A DNA stretch of 64,000 nucleotides from Macrostomum lignano. Its lineage: Eukaryota. This document shows positions 34,561-47,790 of this stretch, piece after piece. The stretch is from positions 496,001-560,000 of the forward strand of contig NIVC01000038.1 in the NCBI GenBank assembly GCA_002269645.1, read 5' to 3'. Position numbers and translations under genes: made by a program. How positions within the stretch are numbered: position 1 is the stretch's first letter; the number at the start of each line of letters is the position of its first letter. Below the pieces are notes generated by a model. That model saw nothing but the letters and a program-made list of their open reading frames with translations, was not told where the DNA came from and did no database searches.

Positions 34561-36296
34561 TCCTCAATCCTGGGGGAGGGTAGTTTAGCCGTAGGCGAGC
34601 AGTCTTCAATTGGCGCAAGCATTCAGATGTGGGTCCTCAGAAACTGTAGATTCAGTATACCTTGTATGCTCATTGTGTTACTATCAGTAGAGTAGCGCTG
34701 CCACCACTGTAATTTGCATATTACGGAATGTTGAAGTCTCAGAGCTTGCTTCGAGATGAAATTGGGTTATTTTACACCCCATGGGCAAATGACTCAAGAT
34801 AAGCTATGGCTTTAATCCAGAAAATGAAGATATAAATTGTTTTAACTGTTGCTTGTTTATTAGTCCATAAAACAGAGTTTAGTCGAAGTATTATTAATTG
34901 CACAAGCTGCGACAGTCAATGAATAATTGGGGGTGCTGCAGTGCAGGCTTTCACTTAAAATTGAACTGCAGTTAAGTTTCGGTCAAGCAATAAATTGAGT
35001 TAAATAAACAATATTAAGCTAGAAAGGAAACCCTGAAGGATGAGGAGGGCAAATGGGAGTTAAAAGGGGGCAAAACGGGAAGAACAGCATGGGGCCGGGA
35101 CAGGCGCAAAAGGGGGTGGGATTAAATACCCAAAGGAGGGACACAAAATGGTTGACACAGCCCAGAAAATGGGGAGGGGCAAGAACATGAAAGTCCAGAA
35201 AATTTTAACAAAAGGATGCCACAGAAAATATACAGAAAAACAAATTAAAACATAAATTGGGCATACAGTGCGAGAAAATAGGGTGAGAAGGACAGAAAAA
35301 AGGCTAAAAATGTCACAACTTGCGCCATGAGATGGGCAAATAGGGCCAGAATAGGGGCGGGCAACATTTCAAAGTCTAGATTATGTATTGTCAATAAAAA
35401 TCAATTGCAAATCAAGCCATGGTGGTACCCACTACCACAATATTATTTTCTAAACTATTTTCATAATTGATTTTTTGTTTAAAATAATCAAAAAAATAGA
35501 TTAAGTAGATGGTGCAATTTTAGGGAAAAAACAACTCGAGCTTCAAATCTCTTTAACCTTTAATGGATAGTTAAGAAATAATTCTTACTTGGTAATTTTC
35601 TAAGAGTGAAATAGATATGTATACTACTGATAAGTAGATACCACAAGCAGAAGATAACAAAGTAGATCTTGAAGCATACATTTAGATTGCTAAAGGCCAT
35701 GACCCTCTTCTAATCTTAGAAATAACCAGGACTAGAAGATATATACAATTCATATACTAGTAATAGTAATATGTTTTAATTTTTAGTATATAGAATTTTC
35801 ACTTAGGCCTACTAAGAATACTACCAATGTAGAATAATAATGATACTAGTGAGAAATAAGAAATACCTCAAAATATACTAAAATATATGCTCAGAGCAAT
35901 ACTTAGACCTATGCTAAGACTTATGCTTGCAGAGTTTTGTGACAATATGATTTAGATAAAGATTCCTGCCTCTAGGAATGTCTTTGATTTTGATCTTGGT
36001 TTTAGATTTGATAGCTCTTAAGACTCACAAGAATAGTTTTCAGATTCATGTTATAAACAAACAAGAAATTAAATTAAATTGTTGAACAAAAAACATTTTT
36101 GTGCTTAAATTTCTCTGTAGGCTACTATTCATAAATTGTGACTTATAAGTAAAAAAACCTTATCAACAAAAATACTTTGGTGCCCAAATAATGTAATCAA
36201 GTACAAAATAACAAAACCTTTAAAATTTGTCTTTAATTTAAAACATAGTAATTTGTTAATTCAAGATAGTTAAGGTTTCAAACACATAATAATTTA

Positions 36297-36425
36297 AACA
36301 ACAACAACAACAAGGTACTGCTCCCGCCAGCCATGCAGTAGCCAGAAAGGGGGGAGCAGTCAGAAAGCACGTTTCTGGGCCATGGCCCTCAGGAAGTCGC
36401 ATCCCCCTGCTTGGTCTGGGGCGCC
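36297..36425 (-). mobile_element. Possible retroelement 3' end (stem-loop plus (TTG)n tail)
   Basis: (CAA)5 tract next to a 9-bp stem ACTGCTCCC/GGGAGCAGT. GC-rich island in AT-rich DNA. Confidence 0.3.
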
Positions 36426-36955
36426 ATTTTTAATAATAATTTAAAATTCCATGTAAATTTACTATATGAAAGTATAAGGCTAAATATCAAGCAAAATAGT
36501 AATTTGGCTTTTATGTTAAGGTTGTAGCAAAAAATGACTAAATGATTCATTTGACAAAATAACTAAAGTGCGGAAAGGCATATAAAGGAATTGATGACAT
36601 TGGTGCATATAAACTATTGCCTTGAACAGTCATAGCAGAGCCACCTTGGACTGCACTGCCTTGAACAGTCACAGCATTGCTGCCAGTAGTACCATAGGAC
36701 AGATAGGATCAGATGGTCTTAAAAAGAATCGAATTCTATTGTGCGCTTTCCATATGGAGTTTAGTTTGTGCCTTTTTAATAGTTTAGACGGTCGATCAGC
36801 TAGTAATCCAGCAGGCCTCTTATATCGTATGCAAACATCTCTAAATACACTCTGTGTATGGACCACAAAAGCCCTTTGTCTAGGGAATATTTTGACTTAG
36901 TTTTTTCATTCTATATTGACTGTATCTATATATGATACTAAAAAAACACTACTTG

Positions 36956-39900
36956 ATGATGCTACATGGTCAGCAGTCAAGATGGCCACGCCAGTTATTT
37001 GATGCCGAAGATGCTGCAGATGAGAACAGTCATCATCACTATTGGCAGGGTGGCGCTGCCACTGCCACCGCAAATGCCGCAGATGAAACTGCCACATTTG
37101 GCAATATAATTAGCCAAGACACTATGGCTATTTTCAAAGGCAGAGGTCTGGTTAATAATCCATTGGCCAATAGTAGCCTAGCTAGTATCAGCTTTACTAA
37201 CAACAATAGTGCAGTGCTGCAGCAGCAATCCATGGCTCCGACAGTGACTGCTGCCACTGCCGCAGTGCACGAAATTCAAGACGAAGCTCAACTAGCAGCT
37301 GGGGAGAATCTGTTTGCCGATTTTCATCAAGTTATTGGCGAATATGACGGCTTAGAGCTTTGTAGGCGACTTGCCGATCTGTGCAGCGATCAGGACGCGC
37401 TGCTGCGTAGGCTCGGTTTGAGACTGGGCTCTCAGCAGCGAAGAGCAATCGGTTGGGAGTGTCAGACTTGGCGATTGTTGGCCCTGCTGTATAGAGACCG
37501 CATGACTGCTAATAACAGTGCCGAGGATGCGATGGGCGATAGAGATGCCGAGGTTGATGATGGAATCGACGAGCCAATGGTTGAGGATGCTGTGAGTACT
37601 GTGAGATTTTTATAAATTTGATTTTGCTTGACTCGATATTAAGGAATGACTTTGATGGTAAGGTGACTCTTTAAGACGCCTACACAGGGTGTACAGGGCG
37701 GCTGTAGCAAACAACTCTTTGGGGCGACTCCTGTAACTTTTTAACGACTCAAAGAATCGTTGTGTTGGCGTTAAACTTTTGCTAAAGATGTGATTTAAAT
37801 CACCATTTAAATGGCACGGCTCGGCTCAATGAATCTCTATGAATCTATTTTGTCACTCAGCTGACTGTGTAACAAATATGTGTAACAGCGATGATAAACT
37901 ACTAAAATAAAACCAAAGATTTAAACTCTGCCATGCATTTTTATTGTTTTTAGTTACAGGAAATTGGGCTTGCCTCCTATCGAAAGCAATAAGAATTTTT
38001 GTGCTGAAAAATGAAAACTTCCTATCTCCGTAGCGTATCTCCAAGAAACAAGGAAATGTGCCTCAAATTCATCAAGCAACGCAAAAAATGCGCTTCAAAC
38101 ACAACCCAGTGACTCTAAGAACGCCTAAAATATTACTATATGGCACCAGAATCGTTTCAGAGTCGCAGAAGACAATAAAACGCTTCAAATTGATTTTGGG
38201 GCGACTCTTTGACAACTTTATGGCGATTTGTGTGTATCGTGACATCACGTCGTTTTGAGAGTCGTTGAGAGTCACATTTTTCCTATTTTACACTATTTTA
38301 CCAGCACATTTGCGCGTAAGCTACTTTTAGTTCAGTAGTATAAGTTAAACAGAAGCATTTTAATGTATTTTTAAAGTCAAGGCTCATTTATTGGCTCCTA
38401 ACCCCTCTACCCCCAGCTTAAACCGTCCAACCGCGCCTTTCCACACTACCCCCCGTCCCACCTCAATTTTTATTGCCTTTCTCGGAATTCCAGCCTAAAG
38501 CTGCCATGTACATTTCAGTGCACTGGCTGATGTACATTATTGATGAACCAATTAGAAAGCTGTTTACGCCTGCAAGCTTGGGCTTCTAAACTTATCGAAG
38601 TCATTTCAGCTGCCTTTATTCTTATAAAATAGCTTGTGTATTCTTCATTGCTACTGGACTGAAAGTAGAAAGCTGTTTTACTAAGTATAAATGCCTGAGT
38701 GGCCCATCTAGTTATTCTAGTTATCTGTGGGGGTTCTATTCCCGGTCCCAGTCGGAACAATTTGTGTCCTTAAGCAAGACACTTGATTCTGCATTGCTTC
38801 AGTTCACCCAGCTGAAAAATGGGTGCCAGCATTAGCTGGGGTAATTGAGGGTTGCACATCTGCCCATTGGGACGGTTAAATCAAATATTAATATTATTAA
38901 TCGTCAGGCATGTACACTCAGGCTTGCTAACTAAAACCCCAGGACCAGTCAGACTCAGACGGCGGCTATCACTGGAGCCAGCGCCACCCAGAGAAGCATC
39001 TAGTTGCCCACCTGTACGCCACTGATGCTGAAGTTCGCGAATTTCAATTGCTGATCGACTGGCTGGAAGCGGCAGCTGCCGCTCGACTTGACGAGCTGCC
39101 ATCGCCGCCAGATGCTTGCGAAGCGGCCGCTGCCGGAGGCGTGCCATGGGAGCACACGCTGCACCTGTTGAGACGGTCGGCAGCCTCGGTGCCAGCCGGT
39201 CTGGTTAATCGATTGGATCCTGACGGACCCATTGCTGCCGCGGCGCAGAGGAAACAGTTCAGTTTGCAGCATCAGCAGCAGGAGCAGCAACAGGTGAGAG
39301 GCTAAGGGTTTTTTGCGGTTTACAGGTTTGATAGCACTCTAAATTTGGACCTGCGATACGGAGAACTTATGGGAGTTTAGAGTTTGAGAGAGGCTTAGGG
39401 AGAATTAAGAGCTTGAGAGAGGCTTTGGGAATTTAGAGATTGAGAGAGGCTTAGGGAGAATTTAGAGATTGAGAGAGGCTTAGGGAGAATTTAGAGCTTG
39501 AGAGAGGCTTTGGGAATTTAGAGATTGAGAGAGGCTTAGGAAGAATTTAGAGATTGAGAGAAGCTTGGGGAATTTAGAGCTTGTCAGATGCGTGGGGAAT
39601 TTAGAGCTTGAGAGAGGCTTGTGGGATTTAGAGCTTGAGAGAAGCTTGTGGGATTTAGAGCTTGAGAGTGGTTTAGGGAGAATTTAGAGCTTGAGAGAGG
39701 CTTGTGGGATTTAGAGCTTGAGAGAGGCTTAGGGAGAATTTAGAGATTGAGAGAGGCTTAGGGAGAATTTAGAGATTGAGAGAGGCTTAGGGAGAATTTA
39801 GAGATTGAGAGAGGCTTAGGGAGAATTTAGAGATTGAGAGAGGCTTAGGGAGAATTTAGAGATTGAGAGAGGCTTAGGGAGAATTTAGAGATTGAGAGAG

Positions 39901-41238
39901 GCTTAGGGAGAATTTAGAGATTGAGAGAGGCTTAGGGAGAATTTAGAGATTGAGAGAGGCTTAGGGAGAATTTAGAGATTGAGAGAAGCTTGGGGAATTT
40001 AGAGCTTGTCAGATGCGTGGGGAATTTAGAGCTTGAGAGAGGCTTGTGGGATTTAGAGCTTGAGAGAAGCTTGTGGGATTTAGAGCTTGAGAGTGGTTTA
40101 GGGAGAATTTAGAGCTTGAGAGAGGCTTGTGGGATTTAGAGCTTGAGAGAGGCTTAGGGAGAATTTAGAGATTGAGAGAGGCTTAGAGAGAATTTAGAGC
40201 TTGAGAGGCTTGCGGGATTTAGAGCTTGTCAGATGCGTGGGGAATTTAGACCTTGAGAGAGGCTTGGGAAATTTAAAGCTTTGGAGAAGATTTGAGAACT
40301 TACAGCTTTAACTTTGTAAGGTAAATTGAATCCAGAAAGGTTGCCCTTCAAAATAAAAATTACAATTCCATTCATTCCCTACCCAGCACTCGCTGCAGCT
40401 GGCTGACCTGGACCGGGCAGCCGAGGACCGCCTCCTGGCCGCCGGTTTCCAACTACTTCGTGCCGGTCAGCTTCAACGCGCCGGCCGTTTGTTCTCCTCC
40501 GCTGGGCAGCATTGGCGAGCCGCCTGTCTGTACGGCTGGCAACTGCCTAGCAACGGTAATCCCTACGGTAATCCGCGACGTGATCTGTGGCGAGCGGCTG
40601 CCTGGTCGGCAAGCTCCGACTGCTGTCTGAGCCGATGGGAGCGGGCGATATTCGCTGCCCTGTGCGGCAGTCTGGATCCTCTGCTAGCCGTGTTCCCCCC
40701 GGCTGCCTGGGAGGACCGGCTGTGGGCTCACGCTCGCTGCTTTGTTGAAGCCCGCGTCAGCGACTGTCTTGGCGCCGCGACGACTACCGGATCCACCTGT
40801 CCGGAGCTGACCGGACCGGCTGCCGCGGCCGCTTCGGTTGCTAAGCGACTGACTAGCAGGGAAACTGTGATGGGGCGGTTGGAGTGCCGCGAGCTGTGGC
40901 CGTCTGTGCAGACCGCTTTGATTCTGGACAGGCCTGGCACTTTGCCCGCGATGCTGGCTGGTAGGCTGGCCGATGGAGAGCTGGATAGTCAGGAGCTTCG
41001 CTTTGCTGTACACCTGGCTCTCTGCCTTCAACGCCTCGGCCTGCTGGGTCCAGACGAGCCGAATAGCGTTAAACTGCTGCACAGCTTCATTGATGGGCTT
41101 ATCGAGGAGGGCAGGACGGATCTGGTGGCTTATTACACGGCTAGGCTGCCCAGGTGAGGCGTTTATCTTATCTATCTGTCTATCTATCTGTCTATCCATC
41201 TATCTATCTATCTGTCTATCTATCTATCTATCTATCTG

Positions 41239-41299
<61 letters not shown>

Positions 41300-41335
41300 C
41301 TATCCATCTATCTATCTATCTGTCTATCTGTCTAT

Positions 41336-41372
<37 letters not shown>

Positions 41373-41405
41373 CATCTATCTGTCTATCCATCTATCTATC
41401 CATCC

Positions 41406-41443
<38 letters not shown>

Positions 41444-42774
41444 GTATCTATCTATCATCTATCTATCTGTCTATCTATCTATCTGTTTCCACCCGTCATT
41501 CCCTCCCAGAGACGAGCAGGTGGGCTGGTACGGCAAGCTTCTCCAACGCATCGAAGACACCTCAGCCAGGGTGCACTGCCTGCAGCTGGCTGAGCGGGCC
41601 GGCCTGGACACGGCTGCGATCACAGTCTCGGTGGTTGAATCAGTCCGCCGAGCCGATCTGGACACGGCAGATTGCGGCGCAAATTCTAACGCGGCTTTAG
41701 CCGGCGCCAGCGAACAGCTGACGGAAGCCGACCGGAGGAAAATCAACGCGCTGGACTGGGTGATCCTGGCCGGTGCAACGCCTCGTATTGAAGCTGTTAG
41801 ACAGGCGTGCGCTCTGGCCCGGCTGTTCCTGGCTTTGAACAAAGAGCAAGGCGCCAGGGACGCTCTGGCTAAGGTGCCGGATGACTCGCTGAAACTGGTC
41901 GAAGCTCAGGAAGGCGGCGGTAGTGACGGCGGTGGCGTTCCTGGGTCGTTGCCACCTGTTGCTAGCGACGCTATGCGAGAATTGGCCGGATTGAAAGCTT
42001 ATTTAGCTGCTCAAGAGGCTGTGGCCGATTGGACTGTAAGTGTCCGCAGTGTGTGCTTATTGAATTTAAGAGATTCATCACAAGTGGGAACCCTATGAAG
42101 AATTACTATTTTGTGTCCTTGACTTGAGCAACTTGCTTCAGTTCACACGACTGTAAAATGGGTGCCAGCATTAGCTGGGCCTGGTGTAATTCAGGATGTG
42201 TGTGTGACGAAAGTTAGTGCAGGTGTCATCAATTATTAATATTAATTGCCTCGCCATCCAGGTGCATTTCTACCAAGCCAGACCGGAGCGGCCAGAGCCA
42301 GCCCCTGCGGGCGCGCCCTACACCGAGAAGCTGTTCTACGAGCAGCGCGAACGACGCTACCAAGCCGAGCTGGAGCGCTGGCGCCATCTGTTGTCGTTGC
42401 ACACCAGAGCGGCAATGTCCCGGCTAGAGGATCTGCTGCTGTGGCCGGCGCCAGGCTGGCTAGCGGATCAGTTCACCGATCAGTCTGAAGCAGCTGAGCC
42501 AGGCAGAACTGCCCAGTTGCAGAGTCTGCGCCGTCTGTACCTGCCGCAGCTCTGCTTGTGCGTTGCCCGACTGTTGCTTCAAGCTGAACAGCCGAGCTTT
42601 CTGACTCGCCTAGCTGAGTTGATCGCGGCCGAGTCTCCCGGTCGGGTTGGCGCCCTGTTCCGTCAGGACCAACTGCAACAGCTGTTTATGCTAATTAGGG
42701 ACGCGGCCTGTCGACTGCTTGATGATGGTTTCGACGCGTTTGGATACGACATGTCCACCACTGGGGAGCAGTGA
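36956..42774 (+). CDS. NUP107: Nuclear pore complex protein Nup107 (Nup84 family), 5 exons
   Basis: Exons: about 36956-37591 (start uncertain), 38943-39293, 40387-41153, 41510-42035, 42262-42774. All introns are GT-AG and in phase. Motifs: [33 protein letters not shown]...[42 protein letters not shown]. Confidence 0.93.
38690..38900 (+). mobile_element. tRNA-derived SINE in Nup107 intron 1
   Basis: B-box-like GGTTCTATTCC followed by TGTGTCCTTAAGCAAGACACTT...GCTTCAGTTCACCCAGCTG.AAAATGGGTGCCAGCATTAGCTGGG. A second copy is at 42108. Confidence 0.6.
39370..40290 (+). repeat. 29-bp minisatellite in Nup107 intron 2
   Basis: Unit GAGAGAGGCTTAGGGAGAATTTAGAGATT. Confidence 0.95.
41165..41485 (+). 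repeat. (TATC)n microsatellite filling Nup107 intron 3
   Basis: Direct reading. Confidence 0.97.
42108..42247 (+). mobile_element. 5'-truncated copy of the same SINE in Nup107 intron 4
   Basis: Shares TTGTGTCCTT...TTGCTTCAGTTCAC...AAAATGGGTGCCAGCATTAGCTGGG with 38760-38840. Confidence 0.6.
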
Positions 42775-42840
42775 CCTGTGGATTGTTGCAATAGACTAGT
42801 TTGATTTCTGTTCTTTTTGTAAGCTTATTATTGTCAAGTA

Positions 42841-43104
42841 TAGGGGGTTAGACAAATAATCCTACAGCTAATGGCTACGGGCCAGATGAGAATGGAGAAT
42901 AGAGAGAATAAAGCATGATAGATAAGAGAGAAGAGAGGCAAGAGATGGGATGAGAGAAAAGACGTCCCATGATTAGAGCAGAAAAGAAGGGAGAGAAGAG
43001 GGGAGAGGTGGTTAAGAGAGGAGATAGGAGAGAGAGGATCCGAGGCCTAGATAAAAGGCTTCGCGGATCGCATGTGCCTTCGGGCTGAAGTTTGCCAACC
43101 GCTG
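42841..43104. mobile_element. Degenerate Charlie-type hAT MITE with a GA-rich interior
   Basis: Left TAGGGGGTTAGACAAA, right TTTGCCAACCGCTG, internal GGGCCAGATGAGAATGGA followed by a GA-rich tract. No clear TSD. Confidence 0.5.
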
Positions 43105-44139
43105 ACACTAGAGATACCCATATTAAAAAAGGTTACCGTGACAAAAATCGCAGTACAAGAGTCATCGCAAACAACTCACTAATGCTTCTAGCAACTTATG
43201 GGGGCAACTCAAACAACGATGCAAAATGTGATTCTAAATTATTAAATGATGCTTTAGACTCTAGCACATGTAATAGAATATTAGGCGTCTCTTTTTTGGC
43301 GACTTGTAAATTATCAAATAGGTCATCCAATGGGTTGGACCATAGACAACGCGCAACGTCAATTAAGAGATAAATCATCATTCTACTTACCATATATGGC
43401 CAAACACTGAAAGCGAGTCCAAGCTACACACAACTGAAGCTTTTCTGATCTTACACAGAATATTCGGCTTTATAGAGCTTTATAGCCAATAGTCTATGGC
43501 CGAGGCTTAGTCTCATTTCCTCCCGCTGGCTGCGGCAATTAAATATTATAACCCCCACTTGATTTCGTTGTCTATGGCCTAGAACGAAATCAAGTGGGGA
43601 TTATCTTATACTTAAGATAATTTGCAAAATGATGTAACTGTAAACCTTAAGATATATGTAAAGTAAATATAATTCATAGTTTTTATTCATCACTATATGT
43701 AATTAGGAAAGAATTTTCCGTGTCTAACTAATGATTTGTCGGTTGCAGTTAGCTCGGAATGATTTTCATTTTGAATGCTGTGTTTCTAGTGGTTTAACTA
43801 AAATTAAGTACTAGTTCTTAGACTGACTCCATCTATGCTTTACTTCTATTTTAATATCCAATTCAAATTAGTTTATAATTTATTTATTCGTTTAGATGTT
43901 TGTGTCACAGTTCACTTATCGTTTTAATTGAAGCATTTGTTGGTAATTATGTAATTGGCTACTTGCTATCATAAACTAATTATCTTACTAATGGTGTTAT
44001 TTTTGTGCCATCTGATTTGCACGTGCGTTACATTTTTTATTATTAAATATAAAAGTGAAATAAATTTAAGTTCGCTCGTTTGTAATAGCGTTTGCCAATG
44101 TCAATGTAAACTGTTTATTTACTTTAGGCTATTCCTGAA

Positions 44140-45180
44140 CCTTCTGTGGTCCGTTGCTGGGCCTGAACCTGAACCTTCAGTCCTTCAGTGGTCTATTGCT
44201 ACTCCCCCTTGGGCCTGAACCTTCAGTCCTTCAGTGGTCCATTGCTATCCCCTCTTGGGCCTGAACCTTCAGTCCTTCAGTGGTCCATTGCTATCCCCTC
44301 TTGGGCCTGAACCTTCAGTCCTTCAGTGGTCCATTGCTATCCCCTCTTGGGCCTGAACCTTCAGTGCTTCAGTGGTCCATTGCTACCCCTCTTGGGCCTG
44401 AACCTTCAGTCCTTTAGTGTCCATTGCTACTCCCCTTGGGCCTGAACCTTCAGTCCTTTAGTGTCCATTGCTACTCCCCTTGGGCCTGAACCTTCAGTCC
44501 TTTAGTGTCCATTGCTACTCCCCTTGGGCCTGAACCTTCAGTCCTTTAGTGGTCCATTGCTACTCCCCTTGGGCCTGAACCTTCAGTCCTATTAAGAAAG
44601 CCTTATTAAATTATAATGAATCGGCGTTTATTGAGTTTTGAGAAAGATAGCAAAAGAAAGGATTAACATGGAATTTAGCACTGGCGTAGCTCAAACAAAA
44701 CTTAGTGGTACGGGTAAGGTAGTCGAAAACCATAGATATAATTAAGAAGTCTGTTGTAGAAAATTCTAGAAGGAAAACTTGGATTCACTTACTATAAATA
44801 TAAAGTTGACTATTTTAAGATAAACGATTACTTATAACATCTTTAACAAGTCCTTCAGTGGTCCATTGCTACTCCCCCTCTTGGGCCTGAACATTCAGTC
44901 CTTCAGATGGTCCATTGCTACTCCCTCTGGACCTGAACCTGCAGTCCTTCAGTGGTCTATTGCTACCCCTGGTCCTGAACCTTCAGTGGTCTATTGCTAC
45001 CCCTGGTCCTGAACCTTCAGTCCTTCAGTGATCTATTGCTACCCCTGGCCCTGAACCTTTAGTCCTTCAGTGGTCAATTGCTACTGCCCCTTGGGCCTGA
45101 ATCTTCAGTCCTTCAGTAGTCCATGGCTATCCCTGGTCCTGAACCTTCAGTCATTCAGTAGTCCATTGCTGTCCCTGAAC
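44140..45180 (+). repeat. About 46-bp minisatellite upstream of MOGS, split by a 258-bp insertion
   Basis: Unit GGGCCTGAACCTTCAGTCCTTCAGTGGTCCATTGCTATCCCCTCTT. Interrupted at 44591-44848. Confidence 0.93.
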
Positions 45181-45310
45181 CCTCGGTGCAAAAAATGCTG
45201 AAATACCTGAACCCGCGTAATCAAATGAATATTTAATCATTGCTTATTAATGCCATTCAACTCAGGAACTCAGAAACCCATCCGATCCCGGTGAATACAA
45301 GCAAGATAAA

Positions 45311-47715
45311 ATGCCAAAAGGCGCCAGCCAAAACCAGATACGCAACCGGTTGAAGCAGAACGCCAACGCTGACGGTCCTCGCCCGCCGCCGCAAAGATTC
45401 CGCAGAGGAGGCGGCGGTTCAGGCAATCGCTGGTGGAATGCCTACCACTTGGCCGACCGACTGACACCGTCCAGTGCCACCCTCACTAAACTGTTTGCTG
45501 GCCTATTCGCTGTCATCGCCCTGATCTTTCTAGTTCGATTTGTTACTTTAAAAGCTCGAACTGCCAGACTGTGGACTCCGGTGCCGCTGCCGACTTTGGT
45601 GCCGCAGAATGGCACCTCGGCTGAGTTGAGCCCGGACCTGTTCTGGGGCACCTACAGGCCCCAGCTGTACTTCGGATTGAAGCATCGAAGTCCGCATTCC
45701 TTGCTGGCTGGTCTCATGTGGTTTCGTCAGGTATAAATTTGTTACGGATGACTCTGTCACAAGATTGTCACTTATCACACTGTCACAAGACTGTCACTTA
45801 TCACACTGTGACAGGATTGTAACTTATCACTATGTCTCAGGATTGTCACTTATCACACTGTCACAGGATTGTCACTTGTCACTTTGTCACAGGATTGTCA
45901 CTTGTCACACTGTCACAGGATTGTAACTTGTCACACTGTCACAGGATTGTCACTTATCAATCTGTCACAGGATTGTCACTTATCACTCTGTCACAGGATT
46001 GTCACTTATCACTGTGTCACAAGATTGTCACTTATCACTCTGTCACAGGATTGTCATTTATCACTCTGTCACAGGATTGTCACTTATCACTGTCACAAGA
46101 TTGTCACTTATCATACTGTCTCAGAATTGTCTTTTGTCATACTGTGTGAGGATTGTCACAGGATTGTCACTTATCATTCTGTCACTTATTAGTTATCACA
46201 AACAGGTTGTCACTTACCGCAGTGTCACAGGCTGTCACCTATCAAACACAGGTTGTCACTTACCATTCATTCTATCCTATCACACTGTCACACGCTGTCA
46301 CTTACGACGCTCACGTGTTGTCACTTATCACACATTCATGGAGTTATCAGTCACAGATCAGTAAGTCACTTATCACACTATCACAGCCTCATAAAATTAA
46401 GGCAACGCAGTCACAGTGTTTCAATTAAAAAATCACTGTCAGAAAGCTATTTCTAAGAAAATTCGGTTATTTAAACCATTTCAGGACGGCCTTGAGCCCC
46501 AGATTCGTCACTGGTGCGAACAGTCGGACCGGCTTCGCTACTCCTGGGACGCGCACGATGGCCGCAATTTCGGGTCGCAATCGATCCGAGATGAAGAGTT
46601 CGCCATCACCACGGAGTTTGTTAAGCGGCCTAAGATGGGCGGCAAAGGTGGAGACTGGACCGCTAGGATTTCGACTAAACTTGTCGGCGTGAACGCTAGC
46701 GACGCTAAACAGAGACAGCGATCTCCTATACTGTCTGTGATGTTCTATTTCCTATTGCCCGACTCTACACTTGGTCATTTGCGCGGTCAAACTGTTGATG
46801 AACAGTTTCGATTGGAACGGATTCAAGGTCACACTAAAGAATTGGGGGAGTTTCAGGTGCGCTTTATATGCTTCCATGTTGTATCCATTAACACCGTGAA
46901 TGATTTTCATTTATCAAATAAGCCAAGATTTACAAAAGTCGCAAAAATTGATTATGTGAACGTTCTGCGTAACCAATTGACTACTTGGAATAATTGAGAA
47001 TCAGAACTAGACTACTACCAGTAGAAATTGAAATGGGCTACTAGATTGTACTTTTTGTCTAACGCCAGCTTTTCTCTTTTGAATATTTCTCAGGTGAATT
47101 TCCGTCCTCGTACTAGCGGCCCAGTTCGCTATACTCACCTGAGCACCTATGCTCCGCGCGAAGACCTCATCAAGGAGACCGTCATGCACCGAATGACGGG
47201 TTCGCCTGATGGCACTATTGGTCTGACTGGTCGTAGCAATATGAAAATCGAAAATCTATTCGTATTTCAAATGACATCTATGCCGGAGTTTCAACTGGAA
47301 GTGTCATTCGAATCCGTGTCCGGCCTGTCCGACCGACAAGCTGCCGGCGGCTCGCTTCAAGGCGAAACTTTCAGTCGCGAGTTCAGCCGACACGAGGCCG
47401 CTTTTAATCGCAGTTTGGCGCAAAAATTTGGCGCCACTGTGGCTAACGAAAAATCTTCCGGGTTTGTTCGATCGGCGCTCAGCAATATGCTTGGCGGTAT
47501 TGGCTACTTCTATGGCTCGTCTATTGTCAACTCGCCGGAGACTGAAACCACCGCCGCTTATTGGCCAGCTGCTCTCTTCTCTGCTACACCATCAAGGTAG
47601 ATTTTTCAGCATAAATTTATACCATGTGTATTAACAGTAGGAATACCAATCCATTTTCCGCCTGTCGAACAGAGTTTTAAAGAGTTCGCTTTAGCACACT
47701 AGAGAGACAGAGAGG

Positions 47716-47790
<75 letters not shown>

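Noticed and set aside
37660-38285. Possible MITE in Nup107 intron 1 with recurring CGACTC motifs
   Set aside because: Only about 8 bp of terminal inverted match and no TSD, which is insufficient support.
45255-45311. Possible trans-splice acceptor before MOGS, implying a Nup107-MOGS operon
   Set aside because: The AG context is weak and the genes are 2.5 kb apart with repeats between them. It cannot be supported without spliced-leader reads.
45832-46456. Cys/His-rich ORFs ([14 protein letters not shown])n in MOGS intron 1
   Set aside because: Translations of the 26-bp minisatellite. The flanking exons join in frame without them.
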